The translations under genes were made by a program, and so were the position numbers. The notes under the pieces are model-generated. The model was not told the DNA's origin, made no database searches, and worked only from the letters and a program-made list of their open reading frames with translations. A stretch of 64,000 nt of DNA from Chloroflexota bacterium (lineage in GTDB: Bacteria > Chloroflexota > Limnocylindria > Limnocylindrales > CSP1-4). Of this stretch, positions 20,567-29,706 are shown one piece after another. The number at the start of each line of letters is the position of its first letter. The first letter of the stretch is position 1. The stretch is from positions 761 to 64,760 of the forward strand of contig JAJZRQ010000005.1 in the NCBI GenBank assembly GCA_021802585.1. The letters are read 5' to 3'.

Positions 20567-20587
20567 TTCCGAGCGCTAAGCTCGGAA
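20567..20587. promoter_or_regulatory. Perfect 8-5-8 inverted repeat, candidate DtxR-family operator
   Basis: TTCCGAGC-GCTAA-GCTCGGAA sits in the divergent region between the DtxR-like gene and the FTR1 permease, just upstream of the AGGAGG SD. Confidence 0.45.
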
Positions 20588-20610
20588 TTCGGAACAGGAG
20601 GATGCGTCCC

Positions 20611-21453
20611 ATGCTGCCCACGTTCGTCATCGGCCTGCGCGAGGGCCTCGAGGCCTCGCTCATCGTGGGGATCATCGCCGCCTTCCTCGTCCAACGCGGC
20701 GAACGCGGGGCCCTGCGGCCGATGTGGGCGGGCGTGCTGCTGGCGGTCGCCCTCTGCGGCGCGGCGGCCGTAGGCCTGTACGCGGTCGGCCAGTCGCTGC
20801 CGTTCCGACAGCGGGAGGCACTCGAGGGCAGCCTCGCGCTCGTGGCAGTCTTCGGCGTCAGCTACATGGTCGTCTGGATGCGCCGCCACGCGCGCGAGCT
20901 CAAGCGCGCCCTCGAGACCGAGGCCGCGCACGCTCTGCTGACCGGGTCGGTGCTGGCCCTGGTGGCGATGGCCTTCCTGGCCGTCCTCCGCGAGGGGCTG
21001 GAGACCGCGATCTTCATGCTGGCCGCCTTCCAGAGCTCGCTCGATCCAGCGGCCACCGGGGCGGGTGCGCTGCTCGGAGTTGCCGTCGCGATCTTCTTGG
21101 GCTACCTGCTCTACCGCGGCGGGGTGCGGATCAACCTCGCTCGGTTCTTCGGCGTGACCGGCTTCGTCCTCGTGCTCGTCGCCGCGGGACTCCTGGCGAC
21201 CAGCGTCCACGAGTTCGCTGAGGCCGGGGTCATCACCGCCGGGCAGGGTCGGGCGCTCGACCTATCTTGGCTCGTCGCCCCGGGGACGGTCCAGGGTGCG
21301 CTCCTGACCGGGATGTTCGGCTTCCAACCGACCCCGACGCTCGCCGAACTTGGCGTCTGGCTCGCCTACGGGCTGCCGATGGCCCTCTACGTGTTGTGGC
21401 CGCAGCGGCCACAGCCACGACGGCCGGCCCCAAGCCAGGCCGGGATCGCCTGA
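20611..21453 (+). CDS. FTR1/EfeU-family iron permease
   Basis: Two REGLE motifs (IGLREGLEASL, VLREGLETAIF); seven TM segments. ATG 20611 is 10 nt after AGGAGG; the alternative is ATG 20602. Confidence 0.85.
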   Translation: MLPTFVIGLREGLEASLIVGIIAAFLVQRGERGALRPMWAGVLLAVALCGAAAVGLYAVGQSLPFRQREALEGSLALVAVFGVSYMVVWMRRHARELKRALETEAAHALLTGSVLALVAMAFLAVLREGLETAIFMLAAFQSSLDPAATGAGALLGVAVAIFLGYLLYRGGVRINLARFFGVTGFVLVLVAAGLLATSVHEFAEAGVITAGQGRALDLSWLVAPGTVQGALLTGMFGFQPTPTLAELGVWLAYGLPMALYVLWPQRPQPRRPAPSQAGIA

Positions 21454-21508
21454 CCGGCGCCGCGCCCGTTTCCGATTCCCACATTCGACGTAGAGGAAGG
21501 GAGTTCTG

Positions 21509-21940
21509 ATGCTGTCCGTCGCTCGCAGCGCCGTGCTCGCGCCATTGGTTGTTCTGGGCCTGTTCGTCTCGGCCTGTGGAGGCGGTCAACAGCCCGCTGG
21601 CGACATCCAGGTCACCCTCAAAGACTTCGCGATCGAGTCCTCGACGACGACGGTGTCGGCCGGACAGATCCGCCTCGCGATCAGCAACCAGGGCCCCTCC
21701 ATCCACGAGATCGAGGTCTTCTCACTGCCGACCGGCGTTGAGCCGGCAGCCCTCCCGGTGAAGGACAACGTGGCGGACACGGACAGCGTCGGGTTGACGG
21801 CGCTCGACGAGGTCGAGGACATCGCGCCCCAGACGGCGGCGACCCTGACCGTCAGTCTTCAGCCGGGCCGGTACGCGCTGATCTGCAATCTGCCCGCCCA
21901 TTACGGGCAGGGGATGTACGCCCTCCTGACCGTCCAGTGA
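21509..21940 (+). CDS. Cupredoxin-like secreted/lipoprotein (type-1 Cu site)
   Basis: Signal peptide with SAC lipobox. His in GPSIHEIEV and CNLPAHYGQGM (Cys-x4-His-x4-Met). Confidence 0.7.
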   Translation: MLSVARSAVLAPLVVLGLFVSACGGGQQPAGDIQVTLKDFAIESSTTTVSAGQIRLAISNQGPSIHEIEVFSLPTGVEPAALPVKDNVADTDSVGLTALDEVEDIAPQTAATLTVSLQPGRYALICNLPAHYGQGMYALLTVQ

Positions 21941-21965
21941 CGCGCGGGTTGCCCACAGCGGTCAG

Positions 21966-21990
21966 GCGGGCGCACGATGCCAGCGCCCGC
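21966..21990. terminator. GC stem-loop after the cupredoxin gene
   Basis: GCGGGCGC-9 nt-GCGCCCGC; no U-tract. Confidence 0.3.
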
Positions 21991-22015
21991 ACGCATCGCA
22001 GCTGAGGAGTAGGAC

Positions 22016-22546
22016 ATGTCCCAGTTCACCGACCAGCTGAACGAGCAGGTCGCGAACGAGTTCGCGGCCAGCCAGCAGTACGTCGCGATCGCCGTCTGGT
22101 ACGACGGCCAGACGCTGCCGCAGCTGGCCCGGCACTTCTACCGCCAGGCGGTCGAGGAGCGGAACCACGCGATGATCATCGTCCAGTACCTGCTCGATGC
22201 CCGGAAGCCGGTCACAATCGCGGCCGTCAGCGAGCCGCGGAACGACTTCGGCGACGCGGTCGAGCCGGTCCGCCTCGCCCTCGGTCAGGAGGAGCAAGTC
22301 ACCGAGCAGATCCAGGAACTCGCCAAGCTGGCCCGAGGCGAGGGCGATCTCGTCGGCGAACAGTTCCTGGCCTGGTTCCTCAAGGAGCAGCTCGAGGAGA
22401 TGTCGTCGATGGCCGACCTGCTCCGGACGGTCGAGCGGGCGGCCGAAACGAACATCCTCCTTGCCGAGGACTACCTCGCGCGGACGACGATCGGCGACCG
22501 GGGCGAGTCGCCGAGCGCCCCGCTGGCCGCAGGCGGCGAGTTGTAG
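22016..22546 (+). CDS. Ferritin
   Basis: LNEQVANEFAASQQYVAIAVWY...AVEERNHAMIIVQYL ferroxidase-centre pattern. GAGGAG SD. Confidence 0.9.
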   Translation: MSQFTDQLNEQVANEFAASQQYVAIAVWYDGQTLPQLARHFYRQAVEERNHAMIIVQYLLDARKPVTIAAVSEPRNDFGDAVEPVRLALGQEEQVTEQIQELAKLARGEGDLVGEQFLAWFLKEQLEEMSSMADLLRTVERAAETNILLAEDYLARTTIGDRGESPSAPLAAGGEL

Positions 22547-22592
22547 CGACGATTCTCGTGAGTCTTCCGGCGCAGCTGGCGTAGTTCGGGTT

Positions 22593-23264
22593 TCAGGTCA
22601 GCTCGGCAGCCGGAATGCGAGGCAGGGTTTCGGCTATGTCGGCGCTGGCCCAGCGCGGGAGCCACCTCGGCACCCGCTCGCGGTACGCCTTCCATTCGGC
22701 CCCGAACTCGTCGGCGAGCGTCGCCTCCTCGCGCCTGGCACGGACGGCGACCACGCGTAGCGACACGACGAATGCCAGCGTCGCCCACGTCCGGTAGAGG
22801 AGGAGCCCGCCGACGGCCGCGACCGCCAGCCCGGCGTACATCGGGTGACGGACGACCGCGAATGGCCCCGACGTCACGAGGCGCTGACCTTGATGGAGCC
22901 GGGCCCCGAACGTCGACGAGACGTCGTACGCCGGTCCGAGTGCGGACATCCCCGCGAGATACAGCCCGAGGCCGGCGAGCAGCGCGGTGGCTCCCGCTCC
23001 CGCAGCGAACACCCGCGCACGCGGCCCGGGGGCGATCGGAAGGTCGCGCCACAGGAGCGCGCTCGCGCCGAGGAAGCCGGCCGTGGCCGCGGCGAGCGGA
23101 ACGGGTCCGCCCAAGTCCGGCTGCCCAGCCGATCCACGGCGAGGACGCCGGCGACCACGCGCGATGCCGGCGACGGCCGCGACGAGGGCCGCGAGCGCCG
23201 CCAACGCGCCCACCAACCGGAGGACGCGCTCGGCCCTGTCGAGCGCTGAGCCCGTCGCGCTCAC
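22593..23264 (-). CDS. Isoprenylcysteine carboxyl methyltransferase (ICMT)-family membrane methyltransferase
   Basis: LVTSGPFAVVRHPMYAG...RREEATLADEFGAEWKAYRERVPRW. GTG 23264 overlaps the upstream stop (GTGA). Confidence 0.75.
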   Translation of the reverse strand: MSATGSALDRAERVLRLVGALAALAALVAAVAGIARGRRRPRRGSAGQPDLGGPVPLAAATAGFLGASALLWRDLPIAPGPRARVFAAGAGATALLAGLGLYLAGMSALGPAYDVSSTFGARLHQGQRLVTSGPFAVVRHPMYAGLAVAAVGGLLLYRTWATLAFVVSLRVVAVRARREEATLADEFGAEWKAYRERVPRWLPRWASADIAETLPRIPAAELT

Positions 23265-24157
23265 GGCCCCGGCCAGCTCGATCCCTGGTCGGCCGAGCGG
23301 AAGAACTCGGTCTCCTGGCTCACGACCGCCACCGTAGCGCCTTCCGGCGTCGTCGCGACCGCGAACGCGGACCCGCGGTAGCCGGTCGGCGACCAGGTCC
23401 GGCCGCCGTCGTCGCTCCGGAACAGGCCGTCGGGGGCACCCGCGTAGACCGTCCGGCCGTCGGGCGTGGCGGCGAGGCCGGTCATCGGATAGGCCGGCGG
23501 CGCCCCAAGCGTTGTCCACGTCCGGCCGCCGTCGGCGCTCATCACGAGCCCCGTCGCATCGACGCCGAGGAGCCGGGTCGTCGACCCGTCGCGCACGGCC
23601 AGCGGGTAGGCGACGTTGTCGGCGCGGACCTCGGTCCAGTGGGTGCCGAAGTCGGTGCTCTCCCACAGCCCGCCGATGGCCAGATACGCCCACATCCGGG
23701 CCGGGTCGGCCGGGTCGCGGGTGAAGCCGTGGATGTCGAGGCTCGGCAGGTCGGCCGGAATGGAAGACCACGTCGCCCCGCCGTCGCGACTCGCGGTGAA
23801 GACCTCGTGCCCGGCGATGACGATTGAGCCGTCGTCGGCCGGCGCCATGCTCATCGCGTCGTCACGGACCGGCAATGACGACCAGGACCGCCCGCCATCG
23901 GACGACTCGAGGAGCCCGCCGTGATGACCGAAAAGGACGTGGTTCGGGTCGCCGCCGACGAAGACGAGCGAGTGGACATCGGCCGTGTCGAAGCGTGCCC
24001 AGGCGGTCTGCCCGTCCCGGGGCAGCGAATTGACGACCAGGACCGCGCCGACACCCACGACGACGACCGCGGTAACGGCCGGCAGCAGCCAGCGCGGCAT
24101 CGTGCGCCGGGCCGGCGCCGGCCGCCGCTCCTGCCGTGTTCGCCGTCGCTTCGCCAT
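23261..24157 (-). CDS. BNR/Asp-box repeat beta-propeller protein with N-terminal TM anchor
   Basis: Six SxDxGxTW-like boxes (SSDGGRSWSS, SRDGGATWSS, STDFGTHWTE, SADGGRTWTT, RSDDGGRTWS, SADQGSSW). Confidence 0.75.
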   Translation of the reverse strand: MAKRRRTRQERRPAPARRTMPRWLLPAVTAVVVVGVGAVLVVNSLPRDGQTAWARFDTADVHSLVFVGGDPNHVLFGHHGGLLESSDGGRSWSSLPVRDDAMSMAPADDGSIVIAGHEVFTASRDGGATWSSIPADLPSLDIHGFTRDPADPARMWAYLAIGGLWESTDFGTHWTEVRADNVAYPLAVRDGSTTRLLGVDATGLVMSADGGRTWTTLGAPPAYPMTGLAATPDGRTVYAGAPDGLFRSDDGGRTWSPTGYRGSAFAVATTPEGATVAVVSQETEFFRSADQGSSWPGP

Positions 24158-24173
24158 CGGATTCGCGAGGCTA

Positions 24174-24801
24174 TCAGTCGTGGTCCTCCTCGCCCGCCCA
24201 GGCCTCACGGGCTTCGCGGACGAGGAAGACGGCGATCACCAGCGCGGCAGCGGGATCGGCCCACCACAGGCCGACCACCGCGTTGAGCGAGAGGCCTGCG
24301 AGCGTCGTGACCGACAGGTACCAGCACGCGTACGTCTGTTGGCTGTCGGCGATGAGGGCGCCGCTCCCGAGCGCCTCTCCGGTCTCGCGCTTCGCCCGCG
24401 CCAGCCAGAGCATGACCCCGATCGAGACCGCCGTGAGTACGATGCCGATCGGACTCGCGTCGGGCCGGTCCCCGGCGGCGAGCGTCCGGATCGCCTCGAA
24501 GGCGACGTAGGCGGCGAGGATTGCGAACGAGACCCCGACCAGGCGCTCTGCCCGGCGTTCGACCTGCTCGATCCGCTCCTCGTCCGCGCCGCCTTCTGAC
24601 TCCGCTCGGAGGCGCCATAGAAGGATCGCGCCGGAGATCGTCTCGACAGAGCTGTCGACGCCAAAACCGATCAGCGCGATGCTCCCGGCGGCGACGCCAG
24701 CGCCGACGGCCGATGACTCCTTCGGCGACGTTCCAGCCCACGGTCAGGTACTCGAGCCGGATGCCACGCATGAGGAGCTGGGGGCGCGTCGCGGCGGTCA
24801 C
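24174..24801 (-). pseudogene. Frameshifted cation-efflux-like (TMD-only CDF-type) transporter
   Basis: The N-terminal part (VTAATRPQLLMRGIRLEYLTVGWNVAEGVIG) is in the frame of ORF 24205..24897. The remainder (VGAGVAAGSIALIGFGVDSSVETISGAILLWRLR...MLWLARAKRETGEALGSGALIADSQQTYACWYLS...) is in the frame of ORF 24174..24413. One extra nt lies near 24706-24709. Confidence 0.7.
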
Positions 24802-25697
24802 AGCTGGGCCTGCTCCGCCCGTGCTTCCCATTGGACGTGTTCTGGCGTCTCGAGCTGGAAGGTCGAATGCCTCACATCGAAATCGTCGGACAGACACATG
24901 CCGAGGTGGTCGAGGATGTCACCCGACTTGGCATCCTCGGCGAGGACGACATGGGCGCTGACGACGTTCATACCGCTCGTGATCGTCCACGCATGCAGGT
25001 CGTGGACACCGACCACCCCCGGGGCCTCGAGGATGTGCTCCCGCACGACATCGAGGTCGATTCCCTTCGGGGTGGCCTCGAGCAGCACATCGAGCGCCTC
25101 GCGCAGCAAGGCCCACGTCCGAGGAATGATGAGCAGGCCGATGGCGACGGAGGCCAGCGCGTCAGCCTGAGTCCAGCCGGTGACGGCGATCACGATGGCG
25201 GCGACGATCACAGCAACGGATCCAAGTAGGTCGCCCATGACCTCTAGGTAGGCGCCTCGCATGTTCAGGCTGTGCCCCTGCGCATCGCGCAGCAGGTACA
25301 GCGAGACGCCGTTCGCGGCGAGGCCAAGGACCGCAACGGCGAGCATCAGGCCGGACGCCACCTCGGGCGGCTCGGCGAGCCGCCGCCACGCCTCGTACAG
25401 GACGAAGGCCGACACCCCGAACAGGAGCAAGGCGTTTCCGACCGCGGCCAGGATCTCGAGGCGCAGGTAGCCGAAGGTGCGCTCGCTCGTCGCGGGTCGA
25501 CCGGCGAGCCAGATCGCGGTGAGGGCGAAGCCGATCCCGAACACGTCGGTGAAGACGTGCCCGGCGTCGGCCAGGAGTGCGAGGCTGTTCGACAGCAGGC
25601 CGCCGACGAGTTCGAAGGCGAAGATCGACAGGGTCAGGCCGAAGACGGCGATGAGACGCTTCCGGTGGCCCGCCGCGGCTGAGTGGACGTGCGGCAT
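24798..25697 (-). CDS. Cation diffusion facilitator (CzcD/ZitB-like) exporter
   Basis: SNSLALLADAGHVFTDV, MRGAYLEVMGDLLGS, HDLHAWTITSG. ATG 25697 overlaps the ArsR stop (TGATG). Confidence 0.9.
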   Translation of the reverse strand: MPHVHSAAAGHRKRLIAVFGLTLSIFAFELVGGLLSNSLALLADAGHVFTDVFGIGFALTAIWLAGRPATSERTFGYLRLEILAAVGNALLLFGVSAFVLYEAWRRLAEPPEVASGLMLAVAVLGLAANGVSLYLLRDAQGHSLNMRGAYLEVMGDLLGSVAVIVAAIVIAVTGWTQADALASVAIGLLIIPRTWALLREALDVLLEATPKGIDLDVVREHILEAPGVVGVHDLHAWTITSGMNVVSAHVVLAEDAKSGDILDHLGMCLSDDFDVRHSTFQLETPEHVQWEARAEQAQL

Positions 25698-26086
25698 CAG
25701 CCGACGCCCTCCGCGACGTGGACTGCCGCGTCGAGGACGAGCCGCCGGAGGTGGTCGTCGACGAGCCGGTAGTAGGCGATCCGGCCGGCCTTGCGGCGGC
25801 TGACAGCGTCGCGCTCGCGGAGCGCGCGGAGCTGGTGGGAGAGGGCCGACACGCTCATGCCCAGGACGAGCGCCATGTCGCAGACGCAGAGCTCGCGCTC
25901 GCTGATCGCGAGGAGATGGAGGATCCGGGCCCGCGACGGATCGGCCAGGACGGCGAAGAGGTCGGCGACCGCGCGCGATCCGTCGCCGCCGAGGCTCCGC
26001 CCGAGGACCGGGCGGATGACGTCGGGATGGAGGCAATCGATCTCGCAGCGGTCGGCGTCAATCGCCGAGGCGAATACTTGAGCCAC
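25697..26086 (-). CDS. ArsR/SmtB-family metalloregulator
   Basis: LADPSRARILHLLAISERELCVCDMALVLGMSVSALSHQLRALRERDAV...IAYYRL. GTG start. Confidence 0.85.
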   Translation of the reverse strand: MAQVFASAIDADRCEIDCLHPDVIRPVLGRSLGGDGSRAVADLFAVLADPSRARILHLLAISERELCVCDMALVLGMSVSALSHQLRALRERDAVSRRKAGRIAYYRLVDDHLRRLVLDAAVHVAEGVG

Positions 26087-26099
26087 CGCTCAAGTATTC
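26072..26099. promoter_or_regulatory. Perfect 12-4-12 inverted repeat, candidate ArsR/SmtB operator
   Basis: GAATACTTGAGC-CACC-GCTCAAGTATTC, centred on the predicted GTG start of the ArsR gene. Confidence 0.55.
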
Positions 26100-26117
26100 C
26101 ATGCCCAAGTCTCGTTG

Positions 26118-26390
26118 TCATCCGTGCGTCCTCCGCGTGAGCCTCACGTACAGGGCGGTGGCGACCGCCGATCCGAGCCCGATTGCGAGCACGACGAGAA
26201 TCGCCGTCGCCGGATCCCCGACGAAGCCCGGGCCCTCACCGCTACTCCGTGGGTCACCGCCGGGTGGCGCCGCCGCCGACGGAGAGGCGGCGCGGAGCAC
26301 GGTGGGGAGAACGAGATCGAGGGTCGTCGCGACGACCGTCACGGCGGCGAGGCTGAGCACCCGGAGCCGGACAGGAGCTCGTCTCAACAT
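26118..26390 (-). CDS. Hypothetical small secreted/membrane-anchored protein
   Basis: N-terminal signal-like segment and C-terminal TM segment plus RRTHG. The start overlaps the upstream DUF3105 gene end by 7 nt. No recognisable motif. Confidence 0.35.
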   Translation of the reverse strand: MLRRAPVRLRVLSLAAVTVVATTLDLVLPTVLRAASPSAAAPPGGDPRSSGEGPGFVGDPATAILVVLAIGLGSAVATALYVRLTRRTHG

Positions 26391-27091
26391 GCGTTCGGCT
26401 CAGGCGCTGTCGCCTCGATGGAGCGGCTCGCGAAGTCGCGGGCAGCGGTCTCGTCGAAGGCGTCGAGGAGCAGCGCCCGGTCCCAGGCGAGCAGGGCGTA
26501 CGGCGACGAGAGCTCGTCGAACCGGGCGACGAGTACCTTCGAGCGATAGCCGCAGGCGGCAGCAGACTGGGTCGGCGGCCCATTCGCCGCGAACGCGCGC
26601 AGGGCCGAGAGTTCGGCGTCGGACGGGCACGCGCCGCCGGCGCAGCGGTAGAGGGCGACGACGTAGCCGTGCTCGAGGTTGTGGACCCAGCCGCCGGGGC
26701 CGGCGTCGGCGTCGGGACCGTAGAAGCCGGGCCGGAGCGGCCCCGCGCCGGCGGCGTTGTAGTGGCCGCCCGACGTCGGCGGGCAGAAGTCGTAGCTGAT
26801 CCTGGTACCGACCCCGACGTGCTGGCTGCCGAGCGATTCGGTCGCGAAGCCGTCGGTGCCTGAGGCGTCGGGCGGGGCGGTCAGCTGTTCGGCGCACGAG
26901 TAGTCGCGAGCGGTCGCGCCGCTGAAGAAGGAGAGAGCCACAAATCCGGTCACGCCGACGACGGCGATCCCGATGATGACGACCCGCAGCGACGGCAACC
27001 GGCGACGCTGGGGCTCGGGCGCCGGGCGTCTCGGGCGGGCGGCGGCCGGCGCCACCGAAGCCGCGCGCGAGGCGCGGCGGCGCTTAGCCAT
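26384..27091 (-). CDS. DUF3105-domain membrane-anchored protein
   Basis: MAKRRR... TM anchor, then GGHYNAAG and GGWVHNLEHGYVVALY. GGAGG SD before ATG 27091. Confidence 0.75.
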   Translation of the reverse strand: MAKRRRASRAASVAPAAARPRRPAPEPQRRRLPSLRVVIIGIAVVGVTGFVALSFFSGATARDYSCAEQLTAPPDASGTDGFATESLGSQHVGVGTRISYDFCPPTSGGHYNAAGAGPLRPGFYGPDADAGPGGWVHNLEHGYVVALYRCAGGACPSDAELSALRAFAANGPPTQSAAACGYRSKVLVARFDELSSPYALLAWDRALLLDAFDETAARDFASRSIEATAPEPNAC

Positions 27092-28469
27092 CGGAGGCCT
27101 CCCCCATGATCGCCGCCGGTGGCGTCTCGGTCGGCTCCTTGACGACCGTCTGGCCGAGCGACCAGAGGGTCGTCGCGGTGAGCCCGACCATGAGCGCCGC
27201 GAGCGGCAGCTGGCGGAGCCGGACGTCGGATCGCGCCGGGGCGTCGCGGACGGCGACGACGTGGCCCGACCAGGCGCCCAGGACATGCCCGCCGACCACG
27301 GCGGCGAGCATGACCGTCCAGAGCAGCGCCGGCGGGATCCAGGCCGTGCCGGGCTCGTAGAAGGCGGTCCCGAACAGGTCCCAGCCGAGCTGGAGCGGGT
27401 CGGAGAGCGCCACGACGATCCGCTGCCCGTCGCCGAGCAGATACGTCAGATAGTGGGCGACGAGGTAGCCGACCGCGATCGGCACGAGCCCCGCCCCGAC
27501 CGCAGCGAGCCCGACGAGCCGGCCGACCGCGAGGGCGAGCCCGACGACGAGCCCGAGAAAGCCCAGGAGCAGCAGCGTCGCCAGCGGCAGACCGGGCAGC
27601 CCGAACAGGTCGAACCAGACCTGCGTCTGGGACAGGCCGTCATAGAGGATCGAGGCCGCACCGATCGTGACGAGGACGACGTGGGCCCGCGTCCAGCCGG
27701 GCGCGAGGAGCCCGGACGCGAACGGACGCCGCTCGACGGTCCGACGCTCGGGCCCGCTTGGGGCGCCGAACGGGGCCAGCCGGTTGAGCGCCCCGAACCA
27801 GACCGAGAACGTCTCGCCGCGCTCGCGCCAGGCATCGCGCCCGAAGTTGGCCATGGCCAGGAGGGTCAGGGCCGTGTAGCCGAGCAGGACGACGCCGAGC
27901 CCGCCGCCGCGGTAGACGAGCTCGAGCCACACGACGAAGACGAGGCCCGCGACGGCCGGCCAGGCGCCGAGTCGGGCCGGGTACGGTACGGGGTCCCAGC
28001 CTTTGACGTTGAGCCGACGGAGGGCCGCGGCACCGAGGTCGAACAGTGTCGTGAACGGATCGAGCCAGGTCCAGATCGGGCCGACGAAGGCGGACACTGC
28101 CGCCACGCCGACCCAGCCGTAGACCCACAGGAACAGCGACGAGACGTCGGCGTCGGACGAGCCGCCGACGATCGTCTGGGCGACGATCCAGGTCCACGCG
28201 ACGAGCCCGATCGCCCGCAGGCCGAGGGCGAGCGGCAGGGGTACGTCGACCGTGCGGGCGGGCGGGTCGGCCGGCGCGCGGACATCGCGGAGGATGACGA
28301 ACGCGAACGAGAGCGCGACCGCCATCGCCGCGCCGGCGAGGTAGACCGCCAGCGGCAGCGGCGACTCGAGCCGGCCGACGAGGCCGTGGGCGAGCGCTGG
28401 CGTCGGGACCGCCAGGAGCGTCACGAGCGCTGCGAGCGCGACCGACGCGCGCCTCATGGCTGCAGCCAT
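27084..28469 (-). CDS. Polytopic membrane protein of unknown function
   Basis: Signal peptide ending ALAHG, then at least 10 hydrophobic segments. Start ATG 28469 or 28457 (ATGA with the upstream stop). No family recognised. Confidence 0.6.
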   Translation of the reverse strand: MAAAMRRASVALAALVTLLAVPTPALAHGLVGRLESPLPLAVYLAGAAMAVALSFAFVILRDVRAPADPPARTVDVPLPLALGLRAIGLVAWTWIVAQTIVGGSSDADVSSLFLWVYGWVGVAAVSAFVGPIWTWLDPFTTLFDLGAAALRRLNVKGWDPVPYPARLGAWPAVAGLVFVVWLELVYRGGGLGVVLLGYTALTLLAMANFGRDAWRERGETFSVWFGALNRLAPFGAPSGPERRTVERRPFASGLLAPGWTRAHVVLVTIGAASILYDGLSQTQVWFDLFGLPGLPLATLLLLGFLGLVVGLALAVGRLVGLAAVGAGLVPIAVGYLVAHYLTYLLGDGQRIVVALSDPLQLGWDLFGTAFYEPGTAWIPPALLWTVMLAAVVGGHVLGAWSGHVVAVRDAPARSDVRLRQLPLAALMVGLTATTLWSLGQTVVKEPTETPPAAIMGEASDG

Positions 28470-28774
28470 GTCGCGTCGACGAGCCGGTACGCCACCCGCT
28501 CGCCGCTCTCCTCGCGGTATGCCACCGCGACCGGCTGGCTGAGGGCCATGTGCTCGCGCAGGTGGCCCGCCGGGAAGGCGCCTCCGTCGAGCTCGAGCGG
28601 ACCTACCCGGAAGACGAGCTCCTGGCCGTCCTGGGTCCGCAGCGTGAAGCTCTGGATCTCGGTCAGGCTCGTGCTCTTCACGTCGATCACGAACCCCGCC
28701 ACCGTCTGCGGCGCCGGGCCGCAGGCCGCGAGCGCGATCGCGATCAAAAGGAGGAGCGAACGGATCGGGCTCAC
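28454..28774 (-). CDS. Hypothetical lipoprotein
   Basis: MSPIRSLLLLIAIALAACG lipobox. Operonic (4-nt overlaps on both sides). Confidence 0.55.
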   Translation of the reverse strand: MSPIRSLLLLIAIALAACGPAPQTVAGFVIDVKSTSLTEIQSFTLRTQDGQELVFRVGPLELDGGAFPAGHLREHMALSQPVAVAYREESGERVAYRLVDATWLQP

Positions 28775-29703
28775 AGCGCATCGAGCGTGCCCCGCAGCTC
28801 GTCCTCACCGAGCACGCCCTCGAACTTCGCAGCAACCGTCCCGTCGGCCGCCACGACGAACGTGTACGGCTCGGACTGGAGCCCCCAGGCGTTTGTCCAG
28901 TCCGTCGGCTGGAGCTGGTTGTTGGCGTCGAGCTCGGGCTGGAGGCTGCCGTCGCTGAACGCCATCTTGTAGGGCTCGACGTTGATGAACGTGACATCGG
29001 TGTAGTCCCTGGCCACGCGCTTGACGGTCTCGAGCGTCGGCCCGCACAGCCGGGTCTGGCAGAAAGCCGGGGTGGCGAACGTCACGACGAACGCGTCGCC
29101 GGCGGCGAGCGCGTCGGCGATCGAGGTCTCGTAGAACCGCGGATCGGGCGACTGGTCCGTCGAGAGCTTGGCCAGATCGCCGCCGACGTCGGCCGCGGTC
29201 GGCGTGTCGATCGACGGCGCCTTCGCCCCGATCGGTGGCGTGGTGCCCGACTCGGCGACGTCGTAGTCGGCCCGGACGTTCTTGACCGCCCCGTCGGGAA
29301 ACGTCGCCTCGAACTTCGTGCCCCAGCGACCGGCGTCGGGGAACGTGACATCTGTGACGTACAGACCCTGCTCGCCCTCGATCGCCCACAGAAAGCGGGC
29401 GTCGCCCTCGAAGACGACCGTGTTCTCGGCCGTGTCGACGTCGTAGTAGAGGAGATGGACCTTGACGTCGGGCGCCGCGACGAGCTTGTTCGCCCGGTCG
29501 GTCAGCGAGAACACGAAACGGTTCGGGCCCTTGAGGATCTCGGAGTTGACGAGGATCGGAATGATCTCCGGTCCGCCGGATCCGGCGGCTGACGGACTCG
29601 CCACGGCGGGCCCGCTGGCGGCTGGGGGCGGCGACCCGCCGCCCGAGCCGCAGGCGGCCACGAGCAGGGCGCCCGAGACGAACAGGACCGACAGGACGCG
29701 CAT
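28771..29703 (-). CDS. Lipoprotein with C-terminal thioredoxin-like (SCO/TlpA-like) domain
   Basis: LLVAACGSGGG lipobox. C-terminal FVVTFATPAFCQTRLCGP (Cys pair in the position of redoxin/SCO active sites). Confidence 0.6.
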   Translation of the reverse strand: MRVLSVLFVSGALLVAACGSGGGSPPPAASGPAVASPSAAGSGGPEIIPILVNSEILKGPNRFVFSLTDRANKLVAAPDVKVHLLYYDVDTAENTVVFEGDARFLWAIEGEQGLYVTDVTFPDAGRWGTKFEATFPDGAVKNVRADYDVAESGTTPPIGAKAPSIDTPTAADVGGDLAKLSTDQSPDPRFYETSIADALAAGDAFVVTFATPAFCQTRLCGPTLETVKRVARDYTDVTFINVEPYKMAFSDGSLQPELDANNQLQPTDWTNAWGLQSEPYTFVVAADGTVAAKFEGVLGEDELRGTLDAL

Positions 29704-29706
29704 GGG

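Noticed and set aside
22593-23771. Full 392-aa ORF for the ICMT-family gene
   Set aside because: Its first 169 codons overlap the BNR-repeat gene in another frame and are Arg/Pro-rich. GTG 23264 gives a GTGA-coupled start consistent with family length.
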